64,000 bases of DNA from Anthoceros angustus (Eukaryota; Plantae; Anthocerotophyta): assembly GCA_010909165.1 (NCBI GenBank), contig VJWM01000117.1, positions 186,001-250,000 on the forward strand, in the 5' to 3' direction. Below, one piece after another: positions 12,345-23,687 of the stretch. Under the pieces are notes generated by a model. It worked only from the letters and a program-made list of their open reading frames with translations, was not told the DNA's origin and ran no database searches. Within the stretch, counting starts at the first letter, position 1. Every line of letters begins with the position of its first letter. The position numbers were made by a program, and so were the translations under genes.

Positions 12345-12670
12345 GCGGCCGACCGGCCTCCCCCAAGATGCCTCGCTGGGCCGGCGCCGCGCCCCCTAGC
12401 ACACCGCCATGGGCCGGCGCCTCCCCTAGCACACCGCCGGCCGCCGCGCCCCCTAGCACACCGCCCATGGGCCGGCCGGCCTCCCCTAGCACACCGCCCA
12501 TGGGCGCCGGCCGCCGCCCCTCCCCTACACCCCGCCCATGGCGCCGGCCGCCGCCCAACACGCCCGCCGCGCCGCCGGCCGCGCCCCCACCAACACGCCA
12601 TGTTTGCCCATGGGCGGCCGGCCGGCGCGCCTCCCCTAGCACACCTGCCATGCGGGCCGGCCGCCTCCTC
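12345..12670. repeat. GC-rich degenerate tandem repeat inside the TIR element
   Basis: Recurrent cctcccctagcacaccgcccatgggccggc-like units. Confidence 0.85.
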
Positions 12671-13612
12671 CTAGGCTGTCTTCCAAAAATAAATATTTAG
12701 CGCCTCAAGAGTAACTCAACCATGGATTGTTGGTCTAGTGTTTGGGAAATAAGTGTAGTAACGAATAGGTTTCGTGTTCAAACCTCGTTTCCTCAAGTTC
12801 AATTTTGTTGATTTTAAGGATGCTTGCATGGCGCATGGGCAACTAACTTTGTTCATTTTAAGGACGTTGGCATTGCCTTAAAGCCCAAGTGGTTGCATTG
12901 AGTGCCGAAGGTTGAAGACCACGATCGCGACCTTTTGGATGAGGGTCGCAGACTAGATGTGTGGCGCGACACCGCTGGACGCCGGGCCCAAGAATGATAC
13001 TATTGAAGACGAGCAAGCAATGGAGGAGAACGACAACTTCGAGGCGGAGGATATGGACCGCCTCGAATATGGCGGTGGTACTTGACTCGCCGCAAGGCAT
13101 GGATGAGTCGCCAGCCGCACTCTTGAATGGCTATTGTCGATGCCGATGACCACTTCCTCCTTCATAGCTTGTTTGTTGCAATGTTCTCACGACCACTTAA
13201 ATGAGACTCCGCTAGTACAAGATTGTTTTCATTGTGTTCCACCACTTGAAAGTAAAAGTTTTCGGTTGTAATAAACATATGAAAATGGCAGCCCTCTATG
13301 CATTCTACTAAACGCAACGGGCCCACACCCCTATGCTCCAGCTCGTGTAGACTTGAAAGTGCATCTTTATCAAAGATATGACCTCGTAAAGGGTGTGTGC
13401 ATTATCAAAGTAGGGCACATATGTCGTTTCTAGGTAAGGTGTTCTTCGTGACAAGGGGTGTTCTCGGCAAGGTGATATCCCCTTCAAAAATTATCGTGTT
13501 GATACTTAATCGACACCTAACTTAGACTAAGTGTATTAATCTAAGTACATTGGGCTTTAATACCCTTACAACCTCCCACTTAAAGGCCAATTTACCTTCG
13601 TAGGAGAATGGA

Positions 13613-16600
13613 CTATCTCATGCCCATCAGTGTCCGAGCTTGTGCAAATTGCTCCGTAGAGAGTCCCTTGGTAAGAATATCTGCAGGAATCTGGCTGGTG
13701 TGAACCTTGACAAGTTGTACCCTCTTGTCATCTAACACCTCTCGAATGAAGTGATATTTCACATCCACATGTTTAGTCTTCGCATGAAACACTGGATTCT
13801 TTGCCAATTGGATAGCACTGCTATCACAATGCAACCGCGACTCAACCTTGATCCCCAAGTCTCCCACTAAGCGAGCAAGCCATATGGCTTCCTTGCAAGC
13901 CTCGATTCTTTGCAACATACTCGGCCTCTGTAGATAGCGTAATGCACGCAAACGAGATCGCCATGAGGCGCCCCTCCGGTGCGTGAAGACATAACGATGT
14001 GGACCTCCTTTTGTCCATATCCCACATAATCGATCTGTGTACCCAACCACATGCATCTTCACTACCAAAACATATGCACAAAGCTTTTGTACCATTCGGA
14101 TACCTCATAACTCCTTTTATCGCCTCCCAATGCTTCTTGCGAGGTTTGACATAAACGCTAACCACTCCCACGCAAAGGCAATGTCGGGCGTGTAGCAATC
14201 ATTGCATACATCAAACTCCCTACTGATGAGTATGGGACCTTCTCCATTTCGCTTTGTCCTCCTCGAGCTTGGGCAATCCCGCTTGAAAGTTTCACATATG
14301 GAGGCAATGGAGTACCCAATGGCTTCCCTTCTCCATGTTGAAGCGTTGAAGCACCTTAATGTATTCCGTCGAGACAAATAAAGCGGCGCTTATATACATT
14401 CCGACGAATCATGCCAAGTATATGGCTCGCTCTCCCAAGTCTGTCATTTCAAAGTGAGCATTCAACTTTGACTTCAATCAAATTACCAAGACTGCCCAAA
14501 GAATTAGCATATCATCCACATAGAGGATCAAAATGAGCAAGCTTTGATCCTTAGCTTGCTTCAGATAGAGGCAATGATCCTCATCGCTCGTTTGTAGCCT
14601 TGAGAAAGCATAAATGAGTGGAACTTGTGATACCACTCTCTGTTTCAAACCATAAAGGCTCTTTCCGCACACAGCTCTTTGCCCTTCTCAACAAAACCTT
14701 GGTTCTTTGCATGTAGACGTCCTCTTGAAGGTCACCATGCAAGAATGCCGTCTTGACATCCATCCGCATAAGTTCCATATCATTCACGGCAAAGCAAGAA
14801 CACATCGCAGTTGTCATTTTGACTCGGTGAGAAAATCTCATCAAAGTCAATGCACAGTTGTTGCTTGAAACCCTTAGCAACCAATCGTGCCTTGTACTTT
14901 GGTTTGCCATCAAGCGGTATGACCTTCATCTTGTACACCCATTTGCGGTAGTGCCTTCTTATCCTAGCAACGAACCAACTCCCAAGTTTGGTTCTTATGC
15001 ACAATTCATTCATTTTGGCCATGGCTCCCACTTCTCTTTGTTACTCGACAGAGCCTCTTTGTAAGAAGAGGGTTCCCCACAATCTGTACATAATCCAGAG
15101 ATGGATCATAACAGGTGTAATCTGCGACCTCGACCGAGCACCTCTATAGGTGCTTGTTCGACTCTTGGTTCATCTACGGTGGAGGAATGTGCTCGCACAT
15201 TACCACGGTTATCCGCCCATGATGATCATGTCCATCTTCTTGGAAGATCACCCTTCGCACCTCCACGGTTGGAGTAGGCTTCCTGTGCATCTTGTTCTCA
15301 TTGAAGAACACGTCGTTAATCGAACAACCTTTCTAGCCTCTGGATCCCACAAAGCGGTATCCCATCTCACGGAATCACCATAGCCAAGAAAAATACATTT
15401 CTTGGACTTAGGTGCCAACTTGTCCCGAAACTCTTTTGGAACATGGCGGTATGCCTCACAGCAAACACTGCTTGTAGGATGGTTTCTTTCCGGACCATAG
15501 CTCCTCTGGAACACTGCTCATGTGACCTTATTAGGAGATCTGTTAATAAGATGGTAGATGAACCTTTTCGCCCAAAACCCATTAGGCAATCCGAGTTTGA
15601 CAACAAACTCGCATCCTCTCGAATGGTTACATTCATCCGCTACACCATTTTGTGGAGGAGTATCTGTGATCAATTCTCTTTTGATTCCCTTGGAATCACC
15701 GAAAGCTTTCGAAACATACTCGCCACCATTATCGTCCTTAGACACTTCAATGTGGCGGTGATTCTCTACAAGGGTGACAAATTTACGAAACACCGTGAAC
15801 TTCATCCTTTTTCCTCAAAGGATAAACCCACACCTTGCGTGAGAAATCATCTATGAAAGTGACAAAATAGGAGGCACCGCCTAATGATGCGATGAGCATA
15901 GGTCCACATACATCACGTGAACCAACTCAAGAGGTTTACTTCTACTTTTACCTCTGTTCGATGTGATGATTTTGTCATTTCCCATATAAAGCAGTGCTCA
16001 CACATCGAGAGATCGGAGAAGTTAAGAACGAGGATATAACGAGCGAGATAAAACCTTCATTCCCTTCGAGACATATGTCCTAAGCAATGCCACAAGGAAA
16101 CATTTGGTGCTCTGTCATACGATCACATGATCTTTGGTGTTTACACAAAGTACAAAGTGCCACACGATCCACGAGCTAACACAAGAGAACCTTTGGAGAT
16201 CTTCCAAGAGTGATCCCCAAAACCAGGTGGTAACCATCATCCAAGCATCTGCGCTAATCATGCTCTTTGTCAACTTGAACATGCCTAACGTCCTTGACAT
16301 GAATGAAGATCCGTTGTCAAACTTGAGTTGCACATCACCTCGCTGCGATCGCATGCATAGTTATTTCCAAGCCTAACGCATCCTTTCCTTGTAGCATCAT
16401 ACGTGCTAAACCACTCTCTATGCGGAGTAACATGGAAAGATGCACGTCAATTATCCAATTGCGTAATAAATGACTATCCACGGTACATTAATTATGCGCA
16501 TTCAAGTAAGAAGAGATAAGGACATCTCCGTCCTCAACAGTTTAACTCTTCCAACTGCAGAAAGTCGCCTTCTTGTCGTCTGCTTCTCTTTTCCTTGGTC

Positions 16601-17300
16601 CTTTTGAACTTCTCGCTCTCTTTTAGTGACCCCTTTGTGACAATAGTGACACTCCACATTCTTATTACGACTACGAGATTTGCTACGAGAGAAGCTTAGG
16701 TTGCTTCCCTTCGCGGTGGACCTCCCTCTCACTATGAGGGCACCGGAACCTTTGGAAGGTTCCATGTTTTTCCTGTTCACCTCCTCGATTAACAGCTACC
16801 TTCTACATTTACAATGGTAAGACCACTAGCGAGGCGAAATTACTCAGGCTGTCTGAAAGTGTCCCAACTCTCGTAATGTGACCAGAAACATAGCTCTCAC
16901 GGAATCACGTGATACCTTGAGATGAGAGTGGCTGAAAATGGTATTGAAATCATTCGGATGATCGGACATCCTCGTCCCTTCCTTCATCTTCAAGTCCACC
17001 ATTTTAACCAATACACCGAGAAGCCGCACTTTGCTTCTCACAGTCCCACAACACGCCCGTAACTCGTGGTCTTATCTTTCACATTGAAGTACATTTGACA
17101 ATGTTAGCATGATAGTAGATCTAGCAAGCTCATCCAGTCCGCCACTCATCGAGTCATACTATCCGGTTTGGCCTAACAACTTTATGGGCTTGATCCTTTT
17201 ACGCACTAGAACATTATACACTTGTTCTTTCCGAGCGGGAAGTTAGTACCATCTAACTTCTCGATATTGAACATGACGTTTTCGATGATGAAGACATCAT
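13613..17300 (-). pseudogene. pol: Copia-2 gag-pol (gag, PR, INT, RT, RNase H), frameshifted
   Basis: RNase H LAKNPVFHAKTKHVDVKYHFIRE...ADILTKGL; RT YKARLVAKGF, MDVKTAFLHGDL, LYGLKQ, LYVDDML; INT DNGGEY, QNGVA, KLAPKSKKCIFLGY; gag RGRS...RSKSRSRNKNVECHYCHK. Confidence 0.93.
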
Positions 17301-17439
17301 GACTCAAAAATCGATCTGATAAAACACTCGACTCGCCTTGTCGGAAAAGTCAAAAAGATCAGTCGTCCGTGTATTTTCTGAGTATTCCACCGTATTTGGC
17401 GAATATTTTACGCTCCGCCGGTTGCACCCTCATTACTTG

Positions 17440-17965
17440 TGCGCCGCGCGCGCGGCGCACCGCGCGCCGCGGCCGCCGCGCCCTCGCCGGCCGGCCGCGC
17501 CAGCCGGCGGCCGCGCACCCGCCCGCGGCGGCGCGCGCCGCTGCGGCTGCGCGGCGGCGCCGCGCCTGCCCAGCGGCGGCGCCGCGCGCCCAGGCTGCGG
17601 GCTGCGGGCGCCGCACGCCCCAGCGGCTGCGGCTGGCGCCGCCGCGGCGCTGCGCGCCCGCGCTGGCGCCGGCGGCTGGCGGCGCGGCGCCGCCCGCCGC
17701 GGCGGCTGGCGCGCGCCAGCCCCGGCGCGGCTCGCCCGCGGCCGGCTCCCACGCCCCAGCGGCTGCGCGCTCCGCCCAGCCCCGCGGCCCGCCCGCGCGC
17801 CCGCCCGCGGCGCCGCGCCCGGCGCCGCTGCGCGCCCGTGTGCCGCGGCCTCCGCCGTGCCGCGCGGCCAGCGCGCGTCGCGCCGGCCTCCGCGCCGGGC
17901 CGTGGCGCGCGCGGCCGGGGTCGCGGCCGCCTCGCTCACGGCCTCCGCTCGCGGCTGCTGCGGCG
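17440..17965. repeat. Extremely GC-rich low-complexity tract in the Copia-2 5' leader
   Basis: Almost only C/G with recurring gcgcgcc/cccagc/cggccgc words. All six frames are open simply because stop codons are absent. Confidence 0.85.
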
Positions 17966-18063
17966 TTCGCGACCCTCGCGATCTGGATCACACCGCAATT
18001 CCACGGCTGCGCTGACTAGAAAATTCTAGCATCACAACACAACCAAACCATGGCTCGATGCGG

Positions 18064-18313
18064 TTGAAGGATCGTGGGGCAGCCATGATGGTGGAAAGAG
18101 GAGAGGAGAGGAGGAGGAAGAGTAGCTCTCTCACATTGAGATGAGGCTTGGAGGTATTTATACCCTCCAATACTCTAGGAAGCTCCACAAGAAGCTCCTA
18201 GGAAGGAGCACAAGAAGCTTCCTAGTGATTAGCTTGCTAAACTAATGATACTTAATCGACACCTAACTTAGACTAAGTGTATTAGTCTAAGTACATTGAA
18301 CAATACTCTTACA
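18064..18313 (-). repeat. Copia-2 5' LTR (~250 bp)
   Basis: tgaaggatcgtgg...tactcttaca, matching the split left LTR. Confidence 0.88.
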
Positions 18314-18599
18314 GGCCCATGGGAGTTCCCTCGCTCTCCTTGCCACGCCTCGATCCGGCGATTCTCCCCAAAACCTCCACCTCACTTCACTGCGGTTCCT
18401 TGGCGTCTCCCGGAGGCGTCGCTGTCTATTGCCCCTATGCAGTATCCGCTCCTCATCATTTGGGCCACCGTGCGCTCCTCCTCACGCTTTGGCCTCCGCC
18501 TTGCTCATCTCCTCAGCACCACTTGTGGTAGGCCCCGGGTCCGAAGAACCAGTGTAGGCCGCAGTGGCGATTAAGATGTGCAGATGGTTTACGCCCCTC

Positions 18600-19770
18600 T
18601 GTCCCAACAACCACATACACATTTAGAGTGAGCACCGCTCACCATGCAAGCGGGAGGACATGAGCATCCTCATCCAGGGCCGCGTACAATGCTGTCTCTG
18701 AGAGGTCCTTACCCTCACTCGTGGACAATCCTGGATTGGCTGCCTCCGGGATTCGAGGAGTTGTATCCCTGCCGCTCTGTTGGTGGCCACCTAGTTCCCC
18801 CTTCATGACGGTGGCGGTTTAGCCACCGTAGTAGTTACTTGGGTGGTTGCTTGACTCTGCGGTCATTCTCTCTTATTCTTGGTTTGCCTCTCTCTTGACT
18901 GGCCTCAGCCTCATCTCTCTCCGCTTATATCTCTCCGGGTTCTTGAATTTCTCGAGCGCCGTCTCCACTGCTCTTGGACTCATGAAACCTCATTACGGGC
19001 TCCTCAATCGTAGCGTCGCTCCTTTATATGATTCACTAGGGCCTCCTCTTGGGTGGACATGGCCCTCATTGCTCCACATGCCTTGCATTGCCTCTCGCCT
19101 CCGTCTGGGTCCTGCCACCTTGTTCTCGCCCTCCAAGCCTCCAACTTTTCCTTGAGCAACTTCTCTTGTTGCTTGCACAATCAATGAAGTAGAGCCATGG
19201 CTGCAGTCAGAAAGGTCCGCTTTGAGTCGAGCCATGGCAAGGTCGAGCCTGCAGATTCCCAAATTGGGCATTCGTGCCATTCCTTCCCAACAACTCCGCA
19301 TTGCGGACTCCGTCACTCGTCCCGCCCGGCGGGTCAATGAGATATCTCCAAAAATGTCCTTGAGCTCCGTCGCGGGCCTGGCTGCCGAAACTAACCCTTC
19401 CTCCCCTAGGGGTTGGTCTGCAGCTGCTCCTTCATTCGTACCAACCTCTCCCAGTGGTTGCGATTCATCCTCTGCACCAGGAAGGGGAACAACCTGCCGT
19501 TTCCCTTTTGCTTTCCCCTCCTTCACCCGCGGCTCTGCTGCCGTCTTCGACCTCGAGACCCTAGGTGTAGTTGTGGGTTCCTCCTCCACTGCAGCTGTTC
19601 TTCCCTTTTTGGCCGACCCCCGTTCAGTCGTCGCCGCCCTCCTCTTCTTACCCTTGGAAACCTCCCCACCTTCATCCGAATCTTTTGGAGAGGCGCATTC
19701 CCAATTGCTGGAACCCTTTCCTGAGTCCTCCTTAGACTCCTCCTCCTCTACCTTGAGTTCCCTGACCGGT
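18600..19770 (-). pseudogene. Degenerate TE accessory-type ORF (K/E-rich region then coiled coil), unidentified
   Basis: ORF 18993-19589 (MEEEPTTTPRVSRSK...ELKDIFGDISLT...CWEGMARMPNLG...) continues in K/E-rich frames on both sides. Confidence 0.45.
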
Positions 19771-19829
19771 TTCTAGCTATGACGGGCATACACAGCTTCC
19801 AACTCAGTTAGGCATTCAGAATGCACAAA

Positions 19830-20183
19830 CACATGAATCAAAAGGGTGAAATCAAGGAGGGCCGGGGAGAAGGGGAGAGCAAATTTGAAAAATATACTGT
19901 GAAACAGTGGATCCTTCACACCCTCGAGTGTGAAGGCCGATGGTGACATCGGCGGTATAAGTCCAGAGGAAGAGTGCGAGATAGAGAGTCGGCCTGGAGA
20001 GCAATGATACTTGTGGGTCGTCAATCAACGTGGAGATACCCCACCCCTGTTCTCTGGACTAAGGTTCGGTGGCGAGGAGGGTGGGGAAAATACCTGGGCG
20101 ATGCAATGGGTGTTCCCGAGGAAGAAGATGAGCACACTACTACTCAGTACAAGATCACAAGCGAGAGTCTAACAGGGATGTAG
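19830..20183 (+). pseudogene. Antisense ORF tail in the 3' region of the Copia-4 remnant (copy 1)
   Basis: Reads ...RAMILVGRQSTWRYPTPV...PEEEDEHTTTQYKITSESLTGM*, homologous to 29002-29319. Confidence 0.5.
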
Positions 20184-20489
20184 GAATATTGGTGAGGGCT
20201 ACACCCAAGGGGAAATCCAGGAACACTGATTACGGTGAAGAGGAAAAGAAACCACACAGGCTAAGGGAGACGAGCGGCTAGGCTGTGAGTGTTGCTTCAT
20301 CCACTCTTCTCTTCCATTACCTATCTACCTACATGCGTAGCTACTGTATGTCTCAGCGCTCTTGGAAGAGACTAGGAAGATGGGTGACTGCTGATCAACT
20401 CTAACAAAAGATGCGGCATATGGACAACATGGAAGCTAGTCGGGCGTGAGAGTTTTTGTTGTGCAATACCTTCTCGAGAAGAAGGTGGG

Positions 20490-21040
20490 ACCACAAACAA
20501 ACCTACTGGAGTGTTTTGATGAAGGTGCTTAGGAAATCTTTGTGTAAGCGGGTTAGAGATGTATATCACCTATAAAATATACTCAACCAATACCTCACCG
20601 ATCTCTGCGGCTTGTCAGAATGAAATGATGAGTAATTTGTATATGCTTTGATCTTGCAAGAAATCTGAGGGTTCTTGGAGGGTGCTATGGCCGATTGATT
20701 ATCACACCTGAGTTGTAGGCCGCTCCAAGTTCTTGTAAGCCTTGAAGAAAAACGCATCAAATAACTTCCCTAACGACTTGTGAAAGTGCCCCATACTATG
20801 CCTCTGTAGAAGATGAGATAGTTGATAGCCTTTTGTTGGACGGGATCACAAAAACCTCCTAACAAGTTGCGATGTGACTATACTTCTCTTATTGTCTGGG
20901 TCACTGCCCGGTCAGCTCCAGAGTAAAGGTGAGGTTCAATCCACGCCATTTGCCTTGAGTATCAATCCATGTCTGAGTTCCCTTTAAGTAGCGGAAGATT
21001 CTCTTCTGGCAATCCGTGAGCCTCTCTTGGGTTCATGTGG
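20490..21040 (-). pseudogene. Degenerate Copia RT C-terminus and RNase H (Copia-4 remnant, copy 1)
   Basis: KRIFRYLKGT at ~20980-21010 and LRCDNQSAIAPSKNPQ at ~20670-20720. Confidence 0.75.
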
Positions 21041-21042
21041 CG

Positions 21043-21482
21043 TGTGATACTAATCCCTCACGCACTTGGGTTTAGTGTTTGATTAGCATTAATTAATCTA
21101 AGTACTTATCTTTAAGTAAGTAATTAGTGTTAATTAATCCAGTGCTATGTTAATTAAGTGATTAGTGTTAATTCAACATGGTTAGCAATAGCTAAGTGGA
21201 TAAGCGCTTAAGTATGCTTTGGCATATTCCTTGCATATTATAGTGTATTCTTAGGATATTTCCCATATGCCGTGCCAATAGGATATCTTAGGAATATGGA
21301 TGCGAGGGCTAGTATATATAGACCCTTCCATTGAGGACAAGCTCGGATCATTTGGTCCTCTAGATATGCAAATGCAAGGGTGTTGTAAGGAGGCCAAAGG
21401 TATGATGTCGAGGCGATGTGAGAATTTGTGTTGTTCTCGTGGGAGGGTGTGCTTGTGCCGATGTGCGAGCTACTCCCTCACA
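21043..21482. repeat. LTR-like segment (~440 bp), second copy at ~62985-63414
   Basis: TG...CA ends (tgtgatac...ctccctcaca), AT-rich ttaattaa-type repeats and a TATA-like tatatataga. No TSD recognised. Confidence 0.5.
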
Positions 21483-21489
21483 TTGTTGG

Positions 21490-22260
21490 TTTGCACCTAT
21501 ATATCTCAAGTATTAGATTTGTTTTGCTTGGTTGTTTTGTCAGAAAGTGCTTACTGATTCAAGTGCTTACCTCGTGCATGACGACTCTCTAGGCTATGAA
21601 CATTGCTATGCTGAAATACCAATTACGTGTCCATGATGCCGGATACAGCAGGCTACCTCTGACTGTTTGTAAGGGCGTGTTACCTTGAGATCTTTCTCGA
21701 GATTGGGAAACATGGCGTTGTTCTTGGACAACTTCTCACCGAAGTAGCCATGTTATTCTGAATCAATTAATCGCAAGTAACCCTACCATCCTAGTTACCG
21801 TGACCGTAATTAATAGTATTTAGTAATTCTGAGCAGTGTGCCTCTTGAAGAGACACCCTGAGACATTATTTAAGGCAGACTTTGTATACACCTTATAGCT
21901 AATTCAACACGAAATATCTTTGTGAGCATAGCATCTCGATAATGCTAGACTAGATATAAGGATGCACAATCCTATTGCTAGATTTTAACACATATAGTGG
22001 CAATAGGATGTCGTCCATCATATTAAAATGCTGTAGAGTTGCTTCAAAAAGTGTTCTTGGAGAATATCAATGCAACGCCCCTCATCACTAAAGTGAACCG
22101 TGCACCCAGAGAAAACTCAATTGGCCCAAGTCACCATATCAAAATGAGAAAGAAGAACTTGCTTAATCTTGGCCATCAATACGAGAGGTACAAAGCAGAA
22201 AGTTGTCATCAACATACACAATTAATATCAAGAAGTCATCACCTTCCATGGTATGTGAAC
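21490..22260 (-). pseudogene. Degenerate Copia reverse transcriptase fragment
   Basis: The minus strand gives LILIVYVDD at ~22195-22225, FDMGDLG-like and ILRYI-like remnants. Confidence 0.65.
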
Positions 22261-22568
22261 ACCACTATCGACATCGAGGCATGTAAACCCGGTTCCTATT
22301 TAATTAGTAATATATAAGTTCATAGTAGAAGAAAGGAATAGCTTGGACAAAGAATGTAAACTTGAATACTCTTAGCGAGAGTTTATGATTATTTTTCGAG
22401 AAAACATGCTCTCCATGCCCCTATATATGTGTGGCTAAGCTTCAATATTTTCCACATCATTTTCCTTCCACAAAAAAGTTGCTTGTTCTCATATCCTTTT
22501 CCTTTCTCTTTTTTCACCCTAGTATTTGTGTACCTCTTTTGTCACTCCAATATTTTGTGGTAACAATC

Positions 22569-23131
22569 ATGGCTGGCTACCGGTACTTGTGGTTAGTTAT
22601 TTTTTGCTAGCAGCACTTGTTCAAGGTGGGTGCGGGAACAAGTTTGTTGCAAGAGGACAACCAGCGGATTCGCGTGACTTCATTGCCATCACTTGCCCTT
22701 GGCATCAACTTAGCGGTGAGCTTGTTTTCCGAAATGCGGATGAAGTTTTTTTAATATTTATGTTATTTTATTTTTACTTTTATGGTATGACTTATGTACA
22801 TTGTGATAACTTGACTCGAGTTCAAGTTGCTTTTGGCATAATGCCCATGGTGTGCATGGATCCTATTGGACAAATTAAGAGGACTTTGGGCAGGTGTGAA
22901 TGGGAAATATGGGGGCCCAAAGGAAGCAATTGCGATGTTGCTCTTTTGATGTGTAACGCTACAATAATAAATGCGGGTGTGTCAACATCACTGCTATGGG
23001 TTGAGAAGTTGCCGAGTCGCAATCCGGATAATGGAGAAGGCGTCATTCTTTCACGGGATGCTTGGACCGCAATATATGGAGATTCAAATTACGATTCTGG
23101 GATAGTTAGGGCTTTGTATGTTGAGCTTTAG
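22569..23131 (+). CDS. Putative small secreted DPBB (RlpA-like/expansin EG45-like, plant natriuretic peptide-like) protein; two exons, apparent frameshifts
   Basis: TATA-like cctatatatg at ~22419. Hydrophobic N-terminus MAGYRYLWLVIF/FLLAALVQGGCG. Predicted intron G|GTGAG 22716 to GCAG| 22893. Exon 2 contains YNNKCGCVNIT and ends GVILSRDAWTAIYGDSNYDSGIVRALYVEL*, resembling the LSxDAFxxIA...D.G.I.V.Y end of DPBB proteins. Confidence 0.55.
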
Positions 23132-23687
23132 GAAGCTACATAGGAACTTCCTCGTTCATAGTTCACATATGTATGTGAAAGTTTTGGTATATTATTGTAT
23201 GAACCTAGGCCTATTTTGGTTTTAAAGATTATGCCTTTACATCTTACAAAACTTTGCCAGCTCTTGCATTCTAGAGATCAGTGGCATCATCCGCGTTGGG
23301 ATTGCCTTCTAAGCTAGGAAGGGGAGTAGTGTTGTCCCTATCAAAAGGTGAGGTTGGGCATGTTAGTGTTGAATCCAGCTCATGATCGAAAGTATTTGAA
23401 GCATGGAAGCATTTCATTCCATGTGAGTGCATTTCTATACATGTTCTTGAGGATCGATGATTGGGCAGAGCACAAGTGAGTACAGGTGATTAATGGTGTT
23501 AATTAAAAGCAAGCAAAGTCAAATGTTTATACAAGTGTTAACTAACTAACCTTCCGGCTCCAACCGAGGAGTAAGGTTAATCATAGGTTGAAGTATAAAT
23601 CCCAACACTCCCTCTTAACCTACAGGAGGTTTAAGAGCGAGGCGTGCAGAAGTAAAGTCATGTGCGCGCCAAAGTCCTCGTGTTGGT

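Larger units (their letters stand above)
11136..13500. mobile_element. 2365-bp terminal-inverted-repeat DNA element, 22-bp perfect TIRs, 4-bp TSD GATA
   Basis: aacacgataatttttgaagggg (11136-11157) is the exact reverse complement of 13479-13500. gata lies at 11132-11135 and 13501-13504. The uninterrupted site actaatgatacttaatcg is present in the other LTR at 18241-18258. Confidence 0.92.
10951..18313 (-). mobile_element. Ty1/Copia LTR retrotransposon (Copia-2, Tnt1/Tork-like); its 3' LTR is interrupted by a TIR element
   Basis: LTR homology between 10951-11135 plus 13505-13570 and ~18064-18313. PPT (plus strand acctcccacttaa) at 13571-13583, degenerate iMet PBS at ~18052-18062, flanks cgccc/ggccc. 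Complete domain order on the minus strand. Confidence 0.92.

Noticed and set aside
12140-12700. Overlapping 110-153 aa ORFs on both strands
   Set aside because: Products of the GC-rich tandem repeat.
17338-18029. Six overlapping 114-225 aa Ala/Arg/Pro-rich ORFs
   Set aside because: They are open only because the tract is nearly all G/C; low complexity, with no domain motif.
22526-23131. ORF-track 201-aa protein as a single-exon membrane or env-like protein
   Set aside because: Its hydrophobic FLIFMLFYFYFY stretch is translation of a T-rich intron-like segment with good GT/AG sites.
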